From IMG/VR virus record IMGVR_UViG_3300005758_000044, positions 1 to 64,000 of that record: 64,000 nucleotides of DNA. One strand, 5' to 3'. Shown here piece after piece: positions 56,099-63,745 of the stretch (within the stretch, counting starts at the first letter, position 1; every line of letters begins with the position of its first letter). The notes under the pieces were generated by a model, which saw only the letters and a program-made list of their open reading frames with translations, did not search any database and was not told the origin of the DNA. The DNA is from a virus. Taxonomy: Duplodnaviria > Heunggongvirae > Uroviricota > Caudoviricetes. Position numbers and translations under genes: made by a program.

Positions 56099-56320
56099 AT
56101 GATTGATCAAATAGAAAATGTTTTGAAATCACATTATGGAGTTACTGAGTGTGTTGTTAATGAACGAAGTGACAATTGTACTGTTGAGGTATATTGTTTA
56201 GGAGGCGATGTTGATTACATCAAGCTTGCTTTGGTGCAGTTGTGTGAAGTTGATGATAGCGACGTAACGATTGAAGGTGGTAGTGACGACCGTCAACTTT
56301 TTGTGATAAGTTTGAACTAA
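56099..56320 (+). CDS. hypothetical protein
   Basis: 73 aa. Confidence 0.45.
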   Translation: MIDQIENVLKSHYGVTECVVNERSDNCTVEVYCLGGDVDYIKLALVQLCEVDDSDVTIEGGSDDRQLFVISLN

Positions 56321-56586
56321 CGATCTCCGTAGAGATTTAGTTTTTTTGGAGGTTCTGGTTTTATTTCTTGTTCGATTTGTTTGATTGCGTAGAGTTTGCT
56401 TTCCAGAGGAGCGAGTCGATATTCGCCTTTGAATTGGCATACATTGAAATATGCTTCTAATGTTTCGGTGATACTTGCGTATATTACTTTACGTGGGTCG
56501 TTAACAAGAATCCATCTATCACCGGGTGGGACTCTGGTGGCGATTAGTTCGTTGTGTTCTGTGATTTTTGTGGTGGGTTCGTTCAT
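56317..56586 (-). CDS. hypothetical protein
   Basis: 89 aa. Confidence 0.45.
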   Translation of the reverse strand: MNEPTTKITEHNELIATRVPPGDRWILVNDPRKVIYASITETLEAYFNVCQFKGEYRLAPLESKLYAIKQIEQEIKPEPPKKLNLYGDR

Positions 56587-56594
56587 AGTATATG

Positions 56595-57437
56595 TTAATA
56601 GTCTTTGAGCAAGGCGAAGCAGTCTACTGATTGTGGGTTAAAGTCTGTTAAGTTATTGATTGCGTTGCCGAATGTAGTGAATTCGCCGAAGGTATCATCT
56701 ATCAAAAGTATTTTTTTGTTTTCTACGTATGTTTTGACGATTTCTTGAGTTTCTGGATCTGTGAATTTGAGAAACTTGAAATAGCGACGATAGCTGGCTG
56801 GAATTTTTTTGATACTGAAAGGTTTGTCTGGATGAGATCGTTGTATTGCAGCTAGCAATTTTTTTAAAGCGTCTTTTGTTTTTTCGCTTTTTTCTCGATC
56901 AATCATATCTTGGTTGATGGTTACGTCTTTTCTCAATTGTTTTACAAATGCGTCGTTTGATATGAACACGTCACGTTTTGCGTATTTTTTGAATTCGTTT
57001 ACCAAAACGGTGTTGAGTGTTGCTGAAGTTGGCATCGAGATGATGGCATCGTATTGATCTATTGGAAATTTGTTGTTGAATGTTTTGACTGTGTGTTCTA
57101 CGAGGAAGTCTATAATAATGCGTGATGATTGGTCTGAGTTTGGATTTTTCAACGCGGTTCTTACTGCGTCTCTGGATCTGTTTGCTATGACACGTTGTTC
57201 TTTTTGGCTATCAGCGTATTGTGAAAAAATCAAATCGATTTTGGATTGTTGCAATTGAAAGCCATAAAACACATGTACTGGTATGTTGTTTCTTGGATTT
57301 TTGCTAATGACTTTCATTGTGGTATTGCCAAACAGAGGGTGTATGACATCATATGGTCTTTCGTTGTTAACGTCCAAGTCCATTTGTTTGGTTTTTGGGT
57401 TTATGCCGATACCCTCTGTTGTGCCAATTTGATTCAT
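56595..57437 (-). CDS. phosphoribosyltransferase-like domain protein
   Basis: C-terminal KKILLIDDTFGEFTTFG resembles type I PRT PRPP-binding motif. Confidence 0.45.
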   Translation of the reverse strand: MNQIGTTEGIGINPKTKQMDLDVNNERPYDVIHPLFGNTTMKVISKNPRNNIPVHVFYGFQLQQSKIDLIFSQYADSQKEQRVIANRSRDAVRTALKNPNSDQSSRIIIDFLVEHTVKTFNNKFPIDQYDAIISMPTSATLNTVLVNEFKKYAKRDVFISNDAFVKQLRKDVTINQDMIDREKSEKTKDALKKLLAAIQRSHPDKPFSIKKIPASYRRYFKFLKFTDPETQEIVKTYVENKKILLIDDTFGEFTTFGNAINNLTDFNPQSVDCFALLKDY

Positions 57438-57605
57438 ATGATGATAAATATCAAAAAAAATTTGAGTTTTTCACAATTGTTAAATACTTATTGGTGTAAA
57501 TGATTAGATATACACACATTAAACGCTGGGATACCTTTACAAATTGTGAAGGGCGTTGGCGGCTGGTGTTGTGAAGTCTTGTATAGAAAATCTCAAACAA
57601 CATCG

Positions 57606-57640
57606 ACCGTCACCCAGAAATGAGTGACGGTTTTTTGTTT
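57606..57640 (+). terminator. rho-independent terminator
   Basis: ccgtcac-ccagaaatga-gtgacgg + TTTTTTGTTTTTT. Confidence 0.7.
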
Positions 57641-57645
57641 TTTGG

Positions 57646-57675
57646 CATTGACGAAACGAGATGGTGGTGATAGTG
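57646..57675 (+). promoter_or_regulatory. early-type promoter for tRNA cluster
   Basis: TTGACGaaacgagatggtggTGATAGTGT. Confidence 0.55.
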
Positions 57676-57732
57676 TAAGTGGACAGTAGACAACGAGTTT
57701 GAAAACTCGATCTACGAAAGATTTAAAAAGCA

Positions 57733-57762
57733 GTTGACGAAACGAAAGTTTCTGATATACTG
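57733..57762 (+). promoter_or_regulatory. second early-type promoter for tRNA cluster
   Basis: TTGACGaaacgaaagtttcTGATATACT. Confidence 0.55.
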
Positions 57763-57951
57763 AGTGAAGATTAAAGACGGTTTGAAACTCCATCTGTTGA
57801 ACCGCCGCCAGTGAGTCGATGAAAATCGACGATAGGTAAAGTCTGGAAAAATCAATTGATTGGTCCTTGGGTGTTATCCTCGTAGAGAACCCGTAGGGCG
57901 ATGACGGCATAACCGAGGTTATTGCTGTGAACATTGAAAAATAAATGTAAG

Positions 57952-58041
57952 TGCCAACATGACCCGAATGGCTAAGGGCCCTGTTTTGTAAACAGGTATG
58001 AGGTAAAACTCTTTGTCGGTTCAAGTCCGACTGTTGGCTCC
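57952..58041 (+). tRNA. tRNA-Tyr (GTA), canonical class II
   Basis: acceptor GCCAACA/TGTTGGC, loop TTGTAAA, long variable arm, T-arm GTCGGTTCAAGTCCGAC, CCA. Confidence 0.7.
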
Positions 58042-58050
58042 AATTTATAA

Positions 58051-58129
58051 TGGTGTATGTAGCATAATTGGTTTAATGCCCCAGATTGTGAGTCTGGCAG
58101 ATGCGGGTTCAAATCCCGTCGTACACCCC
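58051..58129 (+). tRNA. tRNA-His (GTG) with G-1
   Basis: extra 5' G pairing with C73, loop TTGTGAG, T-arm GCGGGTTCAAATCCCGT. Confidence 0.75.
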
Positions 58130-58190
58130 AAATTTCGAGAGTAACGGTTGATGACCGAAGTTGATGCGATCCATCAGAACTCTCACATTA

Positions 58191-58266
58191 TGGTCCCATC
58201 GTCTAATAGGAAAGGATTCTAGATTCTCAATCTGGAGAACTCGGTTCGACTCCGAGTGGGACTGCC
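58191..58266 (+). tRNA. tRNA-Glu (CTC), canonical T-arm
   Basis: acceptor GGTCCCA/TGGGACT, loop TTCTCAA, T-arm CTCGGTTCGACTCCGAG. Confidence 0.55.
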
Positions 58267-58275
58267 AATTTACAA

Positions 58276-58348
58276 TCACCTTATCGTCTAACATAGGACG
58301 CCCAGTGCTCGAGTGGGAAATTTTGGTTTGATACCAAGTAAGGTGGCC
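58276..58348 (+). tRNA. tRNA-like, degenerate (T-loop TTTGATA, no U33)
   Basis: acceptor CACCTTA/TAAGGTG + CCA but non-canonical anticodon arm. Confidence 0.3.
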
Positions 58349-58357
58349 AATTTACAA

Positions 58358-58432
58358 TGGTCTATTCGACTACCAGCTAGGTCGCTAGTTTTTCAAACTG
58401 GAGAAGTGGGGGCGGCACCCACATAGACTACC
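58358..58432 (+). tRNA. tRNA-Glu (TTC), non-canonical T-loop GGCGGCA
   Basis: GGTCTAT-TC-GACT..GGTC-G-CTAGT-TTTTCAA-ACTGG..GTGGG-GGCGGCA-CCCAC-ATAGACT-A-CCA. Confidence 0.5.
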
Positions 58433-58442
58433 AATTTACATA

Positions 58443-58516
58443 TATCCGCCCATGTACCAAGGCTGGCGACAGAGACTCCAAATCTCAGTGGGTAGGTTCG
58501 ATTCCTACGGTGGATG
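58443..58516 (+). tRNA. tRNA-Trp (CCA)-like, canonical T-arm
   Basis: loop CTCCAAA, T-arm GTAGGTTCGATTCCTAC, acceptor ATCCGCC/GGTGGAT, CCA. Confidence 0.45.
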
Positions 58517-58994
58517 CCATTTTTCTTTTGTTTTTACCAGCATAGGTATCCGATTGACTATGACAATTCGGACATAATATTCGAAGGTTTTCTATACGAT
58601 TATCGTTTCGGATTCCATTGATATGATCCAATTGTAATGATAATGGTTTGTCACACCACGATGTAATTTTACAAACAGAACATTCGTTTTTTAGATATTT
58701 TTCAGAAATTAGTCGGAGTTTAAGACGATTCATTGATTTGTATTGTGAATTCTGTATGAGAATCGTTTTCATATCTTGTCTTATAACGTTTTGCGCATTA
58801 AGTCTGTATTTTGAAGAATCAAAGTGTGATGTGGTCAAATTCAATTTTTTACATTTATCTTTGATATTTTTGTATTGAGCACCACACACATTTAGTTTAA
58901 GTTTGAATATGATATCATTAAATGAATTGCTAGAATAAAACAATTTGATAAAATCATCGTCGTTCATGTTTTTTATTATGTTTTTTTGGTTCAT
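58485..58994 (-). CDS. HNH homing endonuclease
   Basis: LQLDHINGIRNDNRIENLRILCPNCHSQ HNH motif; C-terminal codons are antisense to tRNA-Trp. Confidence 0.8.
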   Translation of the reverse strand: MNQKNIIKNMNDDDFIKLFYSSNSFNDIIFKLKLNVCGAQYKNIKDKCKKLNLTTSHFDSSKYRLNAQNVIRQDMKTILIQNSQYKSMNRLKLRLISEKYLKNECSVCKITSWCDKPLSLQLDHINGIRNDNRIENLRILCPNCHSQSDTYAGKNKRKMASTVGIEPTH

Positions 58995-59069
58995 AAGTAA
59001 TACAATCGTTGTGGTGTATAATCACACTACTTATAAATAGTAGATAATTTAGAAAATACACATTTTAAT

Positions 59070-59099
59070 TATGGGTGCGTTACCCACCGTCCATGCCAA
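59070..59099 (+). pseudogene. tRNA 3'-half remnant (T-arm TGGG-TGCGTTA-CCCA + acceptor + CCA)
   Basis: no matching 5' acceptor strand within 150 nt; abuts HNH gene start. Confidence 0.35.
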
Positions 59100-59108
59100 T
59101 TTACAAAT

Positions 59109-59183
59109 GCGATATAGGTGTTTATAGATACACGCGAGTTTTCCAAACTTGAGTAGGGGGTGCATTACCCTCATATCGCTCCA
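59109..59183 (+). tRNA. tRNA-Gly (TCC), non-canonical (T-loop TGCATTA, D-loop TTATAGAT)
   Basis: GCGATAT-AG-GTGT..ACAC-G-CGAGT-TTTCCAA-ACTTG..GGGGG-TGCATTA-CCCTC-ATATCGC-T-CCA. Confidence 0.5.
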
Positions 59184-59190
59184 ATTTTTT

Positions 59191-59256
59191 GGGGTATAAG
59201 AGGAACAGCAGACTCATTTCCCTGTCACGGAAAAGATAGTGGGGGCAGCACCCATA
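59191..59256 (+). tRNA. tRNA-Asp (GTC), non-canonical (T-loop GGCAGCA)
   Basis: perfect anticodon stem TTTCC/GGAAA, loop CTGTCAC, T-arm GTGGG-GGCAGCA-CCCAT, CCA. Confidence 0.5.
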
Positions 59257-59273
59257 TACCTCGCCATTTTAAT

Positions 59274-59348
59274 TGTGGAGTATCATAACAGTAATGAGAC
59301 TAGCTGTTAACTAGTAATATGTAGGGGCGGAACCTACCTCCACAGCCA
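59274..59348 (+). tRNA. tRNA-Asn (GTT), non-canonical (T-loop GGCGGAA)
   Basis: acceptor TGTGGAG/CTCCACA, anticodon arm ACTAG-CTGTTAA-CTAGT, T-arm GTAGG-GGCGGAA-CCTAC, CCA. Confidence 0.55.
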
Positions 59349-59349
59349 T

Positions 59350-59688
59350 TTTTTTACCATACAGATGAAGGCGACAAGCTAGTATATTTTGAGTGGTTCG
59401 CCCCAATCCTTTTACCCGGGCGGGGTTCTTGGTTCGACTCCAAGAGAGTGTATGATGCAACGAAGTAGTAACTGTGTGGGATCCTGAAAGACGACCATAG
59501 AATAAGTGAATCCGGAACATAGTTTCTATGATTGGAACAAACGTGAAATCCAGTAAACAATTTTTGAATAGCTGATAAGGTCTGAAGAAGCTAGCATAAG
59601 TAAGACACGAACCAACGGAGTATCTGTTGTGGAATAGTAAGCGATAAGTTAGTTGAATAGATTGATCACTATATCAACTGATTTTCAT
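59350..59688 (+). ncRNA. unassigned structured region with orphan canonical T-arm (CTTGGTTCGACTCCAAG) and local stems
   Basis: no ORF, no complete cloverleaf; GGCGA...TCGCC and CCCGGGCGGGG stems. Confidence 0.25.
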
Positions 59689-59762
59689 GGCCATATAAAG
59701 TAATAGTAACCTAACCCTCTGTCTAAGGGAAGTCCGGGGAGCGTAACCCCGTATGGCCGCCA
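59689..59762 (+). tRNA. tRNA-like (GTC?), non-canonical T-loop AGCGTAA
   Basis: acceptor GGCCATA/TATGGCC, T-arm CGGGG-AGCGTAA-CCCCG, CCA; weak D/anticodon stems. Confidence 0.35.
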
Positions 59763-59775
59763 ATTTCTAACTGTT

Positions 59776-60621
59776 ATGATTACAAAAATTGATGTTAACA
59801 ACAAGTCTTGTGGCATAGGTGATATTGTCAGTGTTTTGCCTTACGTTGAAATGTATCGTCAAATGACGAACAACGAAGTATGGTTCGACATGAAACACAA
59901 CATTTCACATCTGTTTAAAAATTCATATCCGAACATATTGTTTGGAGAGCCAACAAAGTGTGATGAAATAAAGACCATTGGGTTTAAGTGGGATCGTCCA
60001 ATGAGACAATCTGCTGCCGAATGTCTTGGATTGACATACGTTGAATTACATCCTAAGATTGACGTTGTTGTTGGTCCACGATATATCAAACAAAAGTATG
60101 TGACATTATCGATGCAATCTACGCACCAAGGGCGATATTGGAACTATAAAAATGGGTGGGATATTCTAATCAAAGAGTTGAAAACCAAACACAAGTTGAG
60201 CGTAGTTTGTATTGACAAGTACCGAGATTTTGGTGATGGTAAGTGGAGAAATTTTGTTCCAAAAAATGCTATAGATCGATGTGGAATTGAATTACAAGAT
60301 GCAATAAACTATATTCATCATGCTGAATTTCACATAGGATTGAGTAGTGGATTTTCGTGGATTTCACACGCGATGGACAAACCTGTCGTGGTAATGAAAA
60401 GTGTAACCGAAAATTGGTTTGAGTTTACAAAAAACATGATTTGTGTAAATAACGAATTTGTATGTCATGGATGTCTTAATCATATGGACACACAAGTGGC
60501 TGATCTAGATGATTGGGTATTTTGTCCACACCATAAAAATACAGATCGTATGTTTGAGTGTAGCAAAACAATTACTCCAAAAATGTTCCTTGAAAAAATG
60601 AAACCTTTGTTAGAACGATAA
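59776..60621 (+). CDS. GT9 (heptosyltransferase-like) glycosyltransferase
   Basis: HAEFHIGLSSGFSWISHAMDKPVVVM GT-B C-terminal pattern. Confidence 0.5.
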   Translation: MITKIDVNNKSCGIGDIVSVLPYVEMYRQMTNNEVWFDMKHNISHLFKNSYPNILFGEPTKCDEIKTIGFKWDRPMRQSAAECLGLTYVELHPKIDVVVGPRYIKQKYVTLSMQSTHQGRYWNYKNGWDILIKELKTKHKLSVVCIDKYRDFGDGKWRNFVPKNAIDRCGIELQDAINYIHHAEFHIGLSSGFSWISHAMDKPVVVMKSVTENWFEFTKNMICVNNEFVCHGCLNHMDTQVADLDDWVFCPHHKNTDRMFECSKTITPKMFLEKMKPLLER

Positions 60622-60717
60622 TTTAAGTGTATACAAAGAAAACTTGACTCGCTTCGGGGGTATCGGCGCCAGTCTAAAATAGGGGTACAAGTCCCAAGAA
60701 TGCCCCCACATTTTAAT

Positions 60718-60793
60718 TCCAGAGTAGCTCAATGGTAGATGCGTTCGGCTGTTAACCGAAATGTTGTAGGTTCAAGTCCTACCTCTGGAGCCA
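60718..60793 (+). tRNA. tRNA-Asn (GTT), canonical
   Basis: TCCAGAG-TA-GCTCAATGGTAGATGC..TTCGG-CTGTTAA-CCGAA..GTAGGTTCAAGTCCTAC-CTCTGGA-G-CCA. Confidence 0.75.
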
Positions 60794-60799
60794 ACTTAT

Positions 60800-61040
60800 A
60801 CATCTTCTGACGTGACTAAAGCGACATAACCAATGCGCAACGGTAAGGTACGCTAGAAATATGTTGTGAAAGAAGTACCCTCAGTCACCGTCATGTGGTG
60901 AAATAGACATATGACGTAAAACTTTTCAATAGGGATGAGTAATCGTAAAAAAACAAACTAGATAGATAAGCAAGTTCGAAATTGCTTGACCATTGTGAGA
61001 TCCTAGTGTATGTTTAGATGAAAGGCCCTGCCAATTTACG
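60800..61040 (+). ncRNA. unassigned structured spacer (long hairpin TGACGTGACT...AGTCACCGTCA; T-arm-like GCAAGTTCGAAATTGCTTG)
   Basis: no ORF, no complete tRNA. Confidence 0.25.
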
Positions 61041-61047
61041 GTGAGTG

Positions 61048-61128
61048 TTCCCTATGGCTGTCTGTAAAACAGTTGCCATCAATAAATAGGGCGGACGGCA
61101 AGTGGTTCAACTCCTCCACTCACCACCA
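61048..61128 (+). tRNA. tRNA-like (anticodon loop CTGTAAA, GTA?), aberrant D/T arms
   Basis: perfect 7-bp acceptor GGTGAGT/ACTCACC + CCA; extended anticodon hairpin ATGGC..GCCAT. Confidence 0.3.
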
Positions 61129-61212
61129 ATTTCTGAAACCGTATGTTCAGAGAGCCCCGTAGTTTTTCTTCGTTAGCTACGGTAAAGTATCAAAAAACGA
61201 TTTGATTTTTAT

Positions 61213-61371
61213 GGTCGGTGCTAGAGGAGCAACTGTTGACTCATTGGGTCGTGGCTCACCGCAAGGTGCGAACCCATTGGTAACAAACTAATAACCATAG
61301 TCAATGTTATCATGTATTGAGAAATGCCGATTTCGCACAGCGAGTTGGTTCGAATCCAACACCGACCACCA
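61213..61371 (+). tRNA. long tRNA-like (159 nt): canonical T-arm GTTGGTTCGAATCCAAC with acceptor GGTCGGT/ACCGACC + CCA; possible insert/intron
   Basis: acceptor halves are 150 nt apart; internal stems include a variable-arm-like TCGC-ACA-GCGA. Confidence 0.3.
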
Positions 61372-61378
61372 CTTTTTT

Positions 61379-61465
61379 GGGTGTGTCGCATAGCAGCAAT
61401 TGCAGGAGACTGTAAATCTCCCGGCCTAACGGCCTACGTAGGTGCGAGTCCTACCGTACCCACCA
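61379..61465 (+). tRNA. tRNA-Tyr (GTA) class II, non-canonical (T-loop TGCGAGT, D-loop TAGCAGCAAT)
   Basis: anticodon arm GGAGA-CTGTAAA-TCTCC, variable arm GGCC-TAAC-GGCC, T-stem GTAGG/CCTAC, CCA. Confidence 0.55.
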
Positions 61466-61469
61466 TTTT

Positions 61470-61560
61470 TGAATTGTGTTGAAATAAACTTGGAGCGAGT
61501 GAACTCGGTCAACATAGTAATGGCCAAGTGTAGTTGAGGCTACACCAATTCAAAGAGTTT
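61470..61560 (+). ncRNA. cloverleaf-like structured spacer without CCA
   Basis: outer stem GAATTG/CAATTC enclosing arms CTTGG..CCAAG (with CGAGT-GAA-CTCG) and GTGTAG-TTGAGG-CTACAC. Confidence 0.3.
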
Positions 61561-61563
61561 TAT

Positions 61564-61639
61564 CCGGACTAAGCTAACTTAGTAGAAGCGTCTGCCTGAA
61601 GAGCAGAATGAGTCGGAGCGTAACCGACAGTCCGGGCCA
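61564..61639 (+). tRNA. tRNA-Phe (GAA), non-canonical (T-loop AGCGTAA)
   Basis: CCGGACT..anticodon arm TCTGC-CTGAAGA-GCAGA..GTCGG-AGCGTAA-CCGAC-AGTCCGG-G-CCA. Confidence 0.55.
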
Positions 61640-61653
61640 TTTTAATACTAATT

Positions 61654-62556
61654 ATGAAGATTATAGTTACAGGAGGTTGTGGATTTATTGGGTCACACAT
61701 TGTTGATGAACTTGTCAATGGAAATCATGAAGTATTAGTGATTGACAATCAAAGTGCAAACAATGACGTGTTTTATATCAATTCTAATGCTAAGTATTTT
61801 AATTGTGATATAAACGATTATGATCATGTGTTTGAACTGACAAAAGGAGTGGAATGTATATTTCACCTGGCGGCAGAATCGAGAATTGGACCATGTATTG
61901 AAAATCCAATACTTGCTACAAAAACAAATGTGTTGGGCACGTGCAACTTGTTACAATCAGCAAAATTGAACGGTGTGAAGAGGTTCATATATTCTTCTAC
62001 ATCATCTGCTTATGGCAATAATACTTCGCCTCAAGTAGAAACGATGACAACTAATTGTTTGAATCCGTATTCGGTTACAAAAGTTGCGGGGGAAGAGTTG
62101 TGTAAGATGTACTATGATCTGTACAAATTACCCACGATATCATTTAGATATTTTAATGTCTATGGTGATAGACAACCTACTAAGGGACAATATGCTCCGG
62201 TGATCAGTATTTTTATGAGACAGTTGAAATCCAATCAACCACTTACAATAGTTGGTGATGGAGAGCAACGTAGAGATTTTGTAAATGTACACGACATAGT
62301 TTCTGCCAATATGTTGGCGATGAATACCACGGAGTCAGAATGTTTTGGAAAAATATTCAACATTGGGTCTGGTATCAATTATTCTGTACAACAGATTGCC
62401 GATTTGATTAGTTCTAACCAAGTATATTTACCTGCTAGAGACGGAGAGTCAAAAGGAACATTGGCAAATATTGATTTGGCAAAACGATTGCTCAAGTTTT
62501 ATCCACAACACGATGTTATAGAGTGGATTGACCAAAGGTTGTACAATGTGAAGTGA
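61654..62556 (+). CDS. NAD-dependent epimerase/dehydratase (SDR; UDP-sugar epimerase/decarboxylase-like)
   Basis: TGGCGFIGSH Rossmann motif, SSTSSAYG and YSVTKVAGE (YxxxK) catalytic motif. Confidence 0.85.
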   Translation: MKIIVTGGCGFIGSHIVDELVNGNHEVLVIDNQSANNDVFYINSNAKYFNCDINDYDHVFELTKGVECIFHLAAESRIGPCIENPILATKTNVLGTCNLLQSAKLNGVKRFIYSSTSSAYGNNTSPQVETMTTNCLNPYSVTKVAGEELCKMYYDLYKLPTISFRYFNVYGDRQPTKGQYAPVISIFMRQLKSNQPLTIVGDGEQRRDFVNVHDIVSANMLAMNTTESECFGKIFNIGSGINYSVQQIADLISSNQVYLPARDGESKGTLANIDLAKRLLKFYPQHDVIEWIDQRLYNVK

Positions 62557-62557
62557 T

Positions 62558-62758
62558 ATGAACACTTTAATAGACATACTGAACACCATGGATGTTCCTA
62601 TATTAAGGAAACATGATCTGGGATGGTTGAAGAGAAATCTTGCTGTAAGAAACAGAAATCACCCAGACTTTTATAGAGCAATGACAATCATTCATGATTT
62701 GACGAAGAAAAAAATTGACAAATCTGATGATGATGGTAATATGAGTACAGTTCATTGA
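62558..62758 (+). CDS. hypothetical protein
   Basis: 66 aa, translationally coupled to epimerase. Confidence 0.45.
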   Translation: MNTLIDILNTMDVPILRKHDLGWLKRNLAVRNRNHPDFYRAMTIIHDLTKKKIDKSDDDGNMSTVH

Positions 62759-62883
62759 AATATGACACAAAGTTTTTAAAAAGGTGACATCAATATTTGC
62801 GGTGCACCTGGCGGAACTAGATAGATCTTGGAGTAGGGCACGAAACAAGAGAACGAAGGTGAAATCCTAGGGAAACCATTTAT

Positions 62884-62962
62884 GCAAGTGAAGCCACAAT
62901 AGACGGGCACCCGGCTCTTAACCGGACGATTCGTGTGGGAGCATTACCCACCACTTGCACCA
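62884..62962 (+). tRNA. tRNA-Lys (CTT), non-canonical (T-loop AGCATTA)
   Basis: GCAAGTG..CCGG-CTCTTAA-CCGG..GTGGG-AGCATTA-CCCAC-CACTTGC-A-CCA. Confidence 0.5.
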
Positions 62963-62969
62963 ATTTTAT

Positions 62970-63044
62970 GGGATTCAAGCATTAAGAGTGATGCAGTAGG
63001 CTTTTAACCTTCAGAACACGGGGCAGTACCGTGGAGTCCCACCA
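62970..63044 (+). tRNA. tRNA-Lys (TTT), non-canonical (T-loop GGCAGTA)
   Basis: GGGATTC-AA-GCAT..ATGC..loop CTTTTAA..CACGG-GGCAGTA-CCGTG-GAGTCCC-A-CCA. Confidence 0.5.
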
Positions 63045-63054
63045 GATTTTCAAT

Positions 63055-63127
63055 GCTCCTATACGATAATGTAGTCCCTGTGCCTGATTAGCGCAGTGTC
63101 GTGGTTCAAGTCCACGTAGGAGTACCA
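63055..63127 (+). tRNA. tRNA-Ile (GAT), canonical T-arm, D-loop lacking GG
   Basis: 6-bp anticodon stem CTGTGC/GCGCAG, loop CTGATTA, T-arm CGTGGTTCAAGTCCACG, CCA. Confidence 0.55.
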
Positions 63128-63133
63128 ATTTAT

Positions 63134-63212
63134 GGAGTCGAAGCCACAATAGACGGGCACCCGGCTTTTAACCGGAATATTCGTGTGGGAGCATTACCCA
63201 CCGGCTCCACCA
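63134..63212 (+). tRNA. tRNA-Lys (TTT), non-canonical, near-duplicate of 62884 with loop CTTTTAA
   Basis: GGAGTCG..CCGG-CTTTTAA-CCGG..GTGGG-AGCATTA-CCCAC-CGGCTCC-A-CCA. Confidence 0.5.
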
Positions 63213-63297
63213 ATTTCAACGGGTAACTGGCCCCGAAAGTGACTGCCGACCGGTACATTCGGTAAAACACAGAGACAGCTTGGAGAGTACAGCACCA
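63213..63297 (+). ncRNA. structured spacer ending in CACCA (no cloverleaf found)
   Basis: hairpin ACCG-GTACATT-CGGT; no acceptor pairing. Confidence 0.2.
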
Positions 63298-63408
63298 ATT
63301 TTAATAGAGGGGTTTGGTAGTTAAAAACCGTCAAAGTCAGGGAAAACTACAAGTCGAGATAGATATAAATGAACGTATCGTGAAATCCTTAACGCAAACA
63401 ATTTTGAT

Positions 63409-63486
63409 GGTGTTATGGACTAGAACATTCGGGATAGTCGGGGGACGAAAATCTTCCTATTACGGGTTCGAATCCCGTTAACACCA
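63409..63486 (+). tRNA. tRNA-like (GAA?), canonical T-arm, no encoded CCA
   Basis: acceptor GGTGTTA/TAACACC, D-stem GACT/AGTC, T-arm ACGGGTTCGAATCCCGT; weak anticodon stem. Confidence 0.4.
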
Positions 63487-63617
63487 CTGATTTTTTGAAA
63501 TCATTGAGGGGTCAGTGCATAGATCAGTTCGGGTAGTGGAGTAATTACCATGAGCCAAAGATTAATACGAATAAGGTATTGGCTGATAGCGACCTGAGTT
63601 TCAAAATTAATTTCAAT

Positions 63618-63695
63618 TGTCCCGTAGCTCAGTTGGTTTAGAGCAATGTGTTGATAACGCATGGGTCGTCGGTTCAAGTCCGACCGGGACAACCA
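63618..63695 (+). tRNA. tRNA-Ile (GAT), canonical
   Basis: TGTCCCG-TA-GCTCAGTTGGTTTAGAGC..loop TTGATAA..GTCGGTTCAAGTCCGAC-CGGGACA-A-CCA. Confidence 0.8.
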
Positions 63696-63745
63696 AATTT
63701 TAATATAATGCTATACTTTTGAGCTATAACTTACTATTTATTCGT

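Noticed and set aside
58443-58516. C-terminal ...MASTVGIEPTH of the HNH ORF as a functional extension
   Set aside because: These codons are the reverse complement of the tRNA-Trp T-arm (GGTTCGATTCC reads as GIEPT). The overlap is a consequence of ORF extension through the tRNA and does not reflect a conserved protein segment.
57950-63700. Regular CCAATTT punctuation across the tRNA region as a possible CRISPR-like array
   Set aside because: The repeating unit is simply the encoded 3' CCA of each tRNA followed by an AT-rich spacer. Unit lengths and sequences are tRNA-like and not identical direct repeats, and no cas genes are present.
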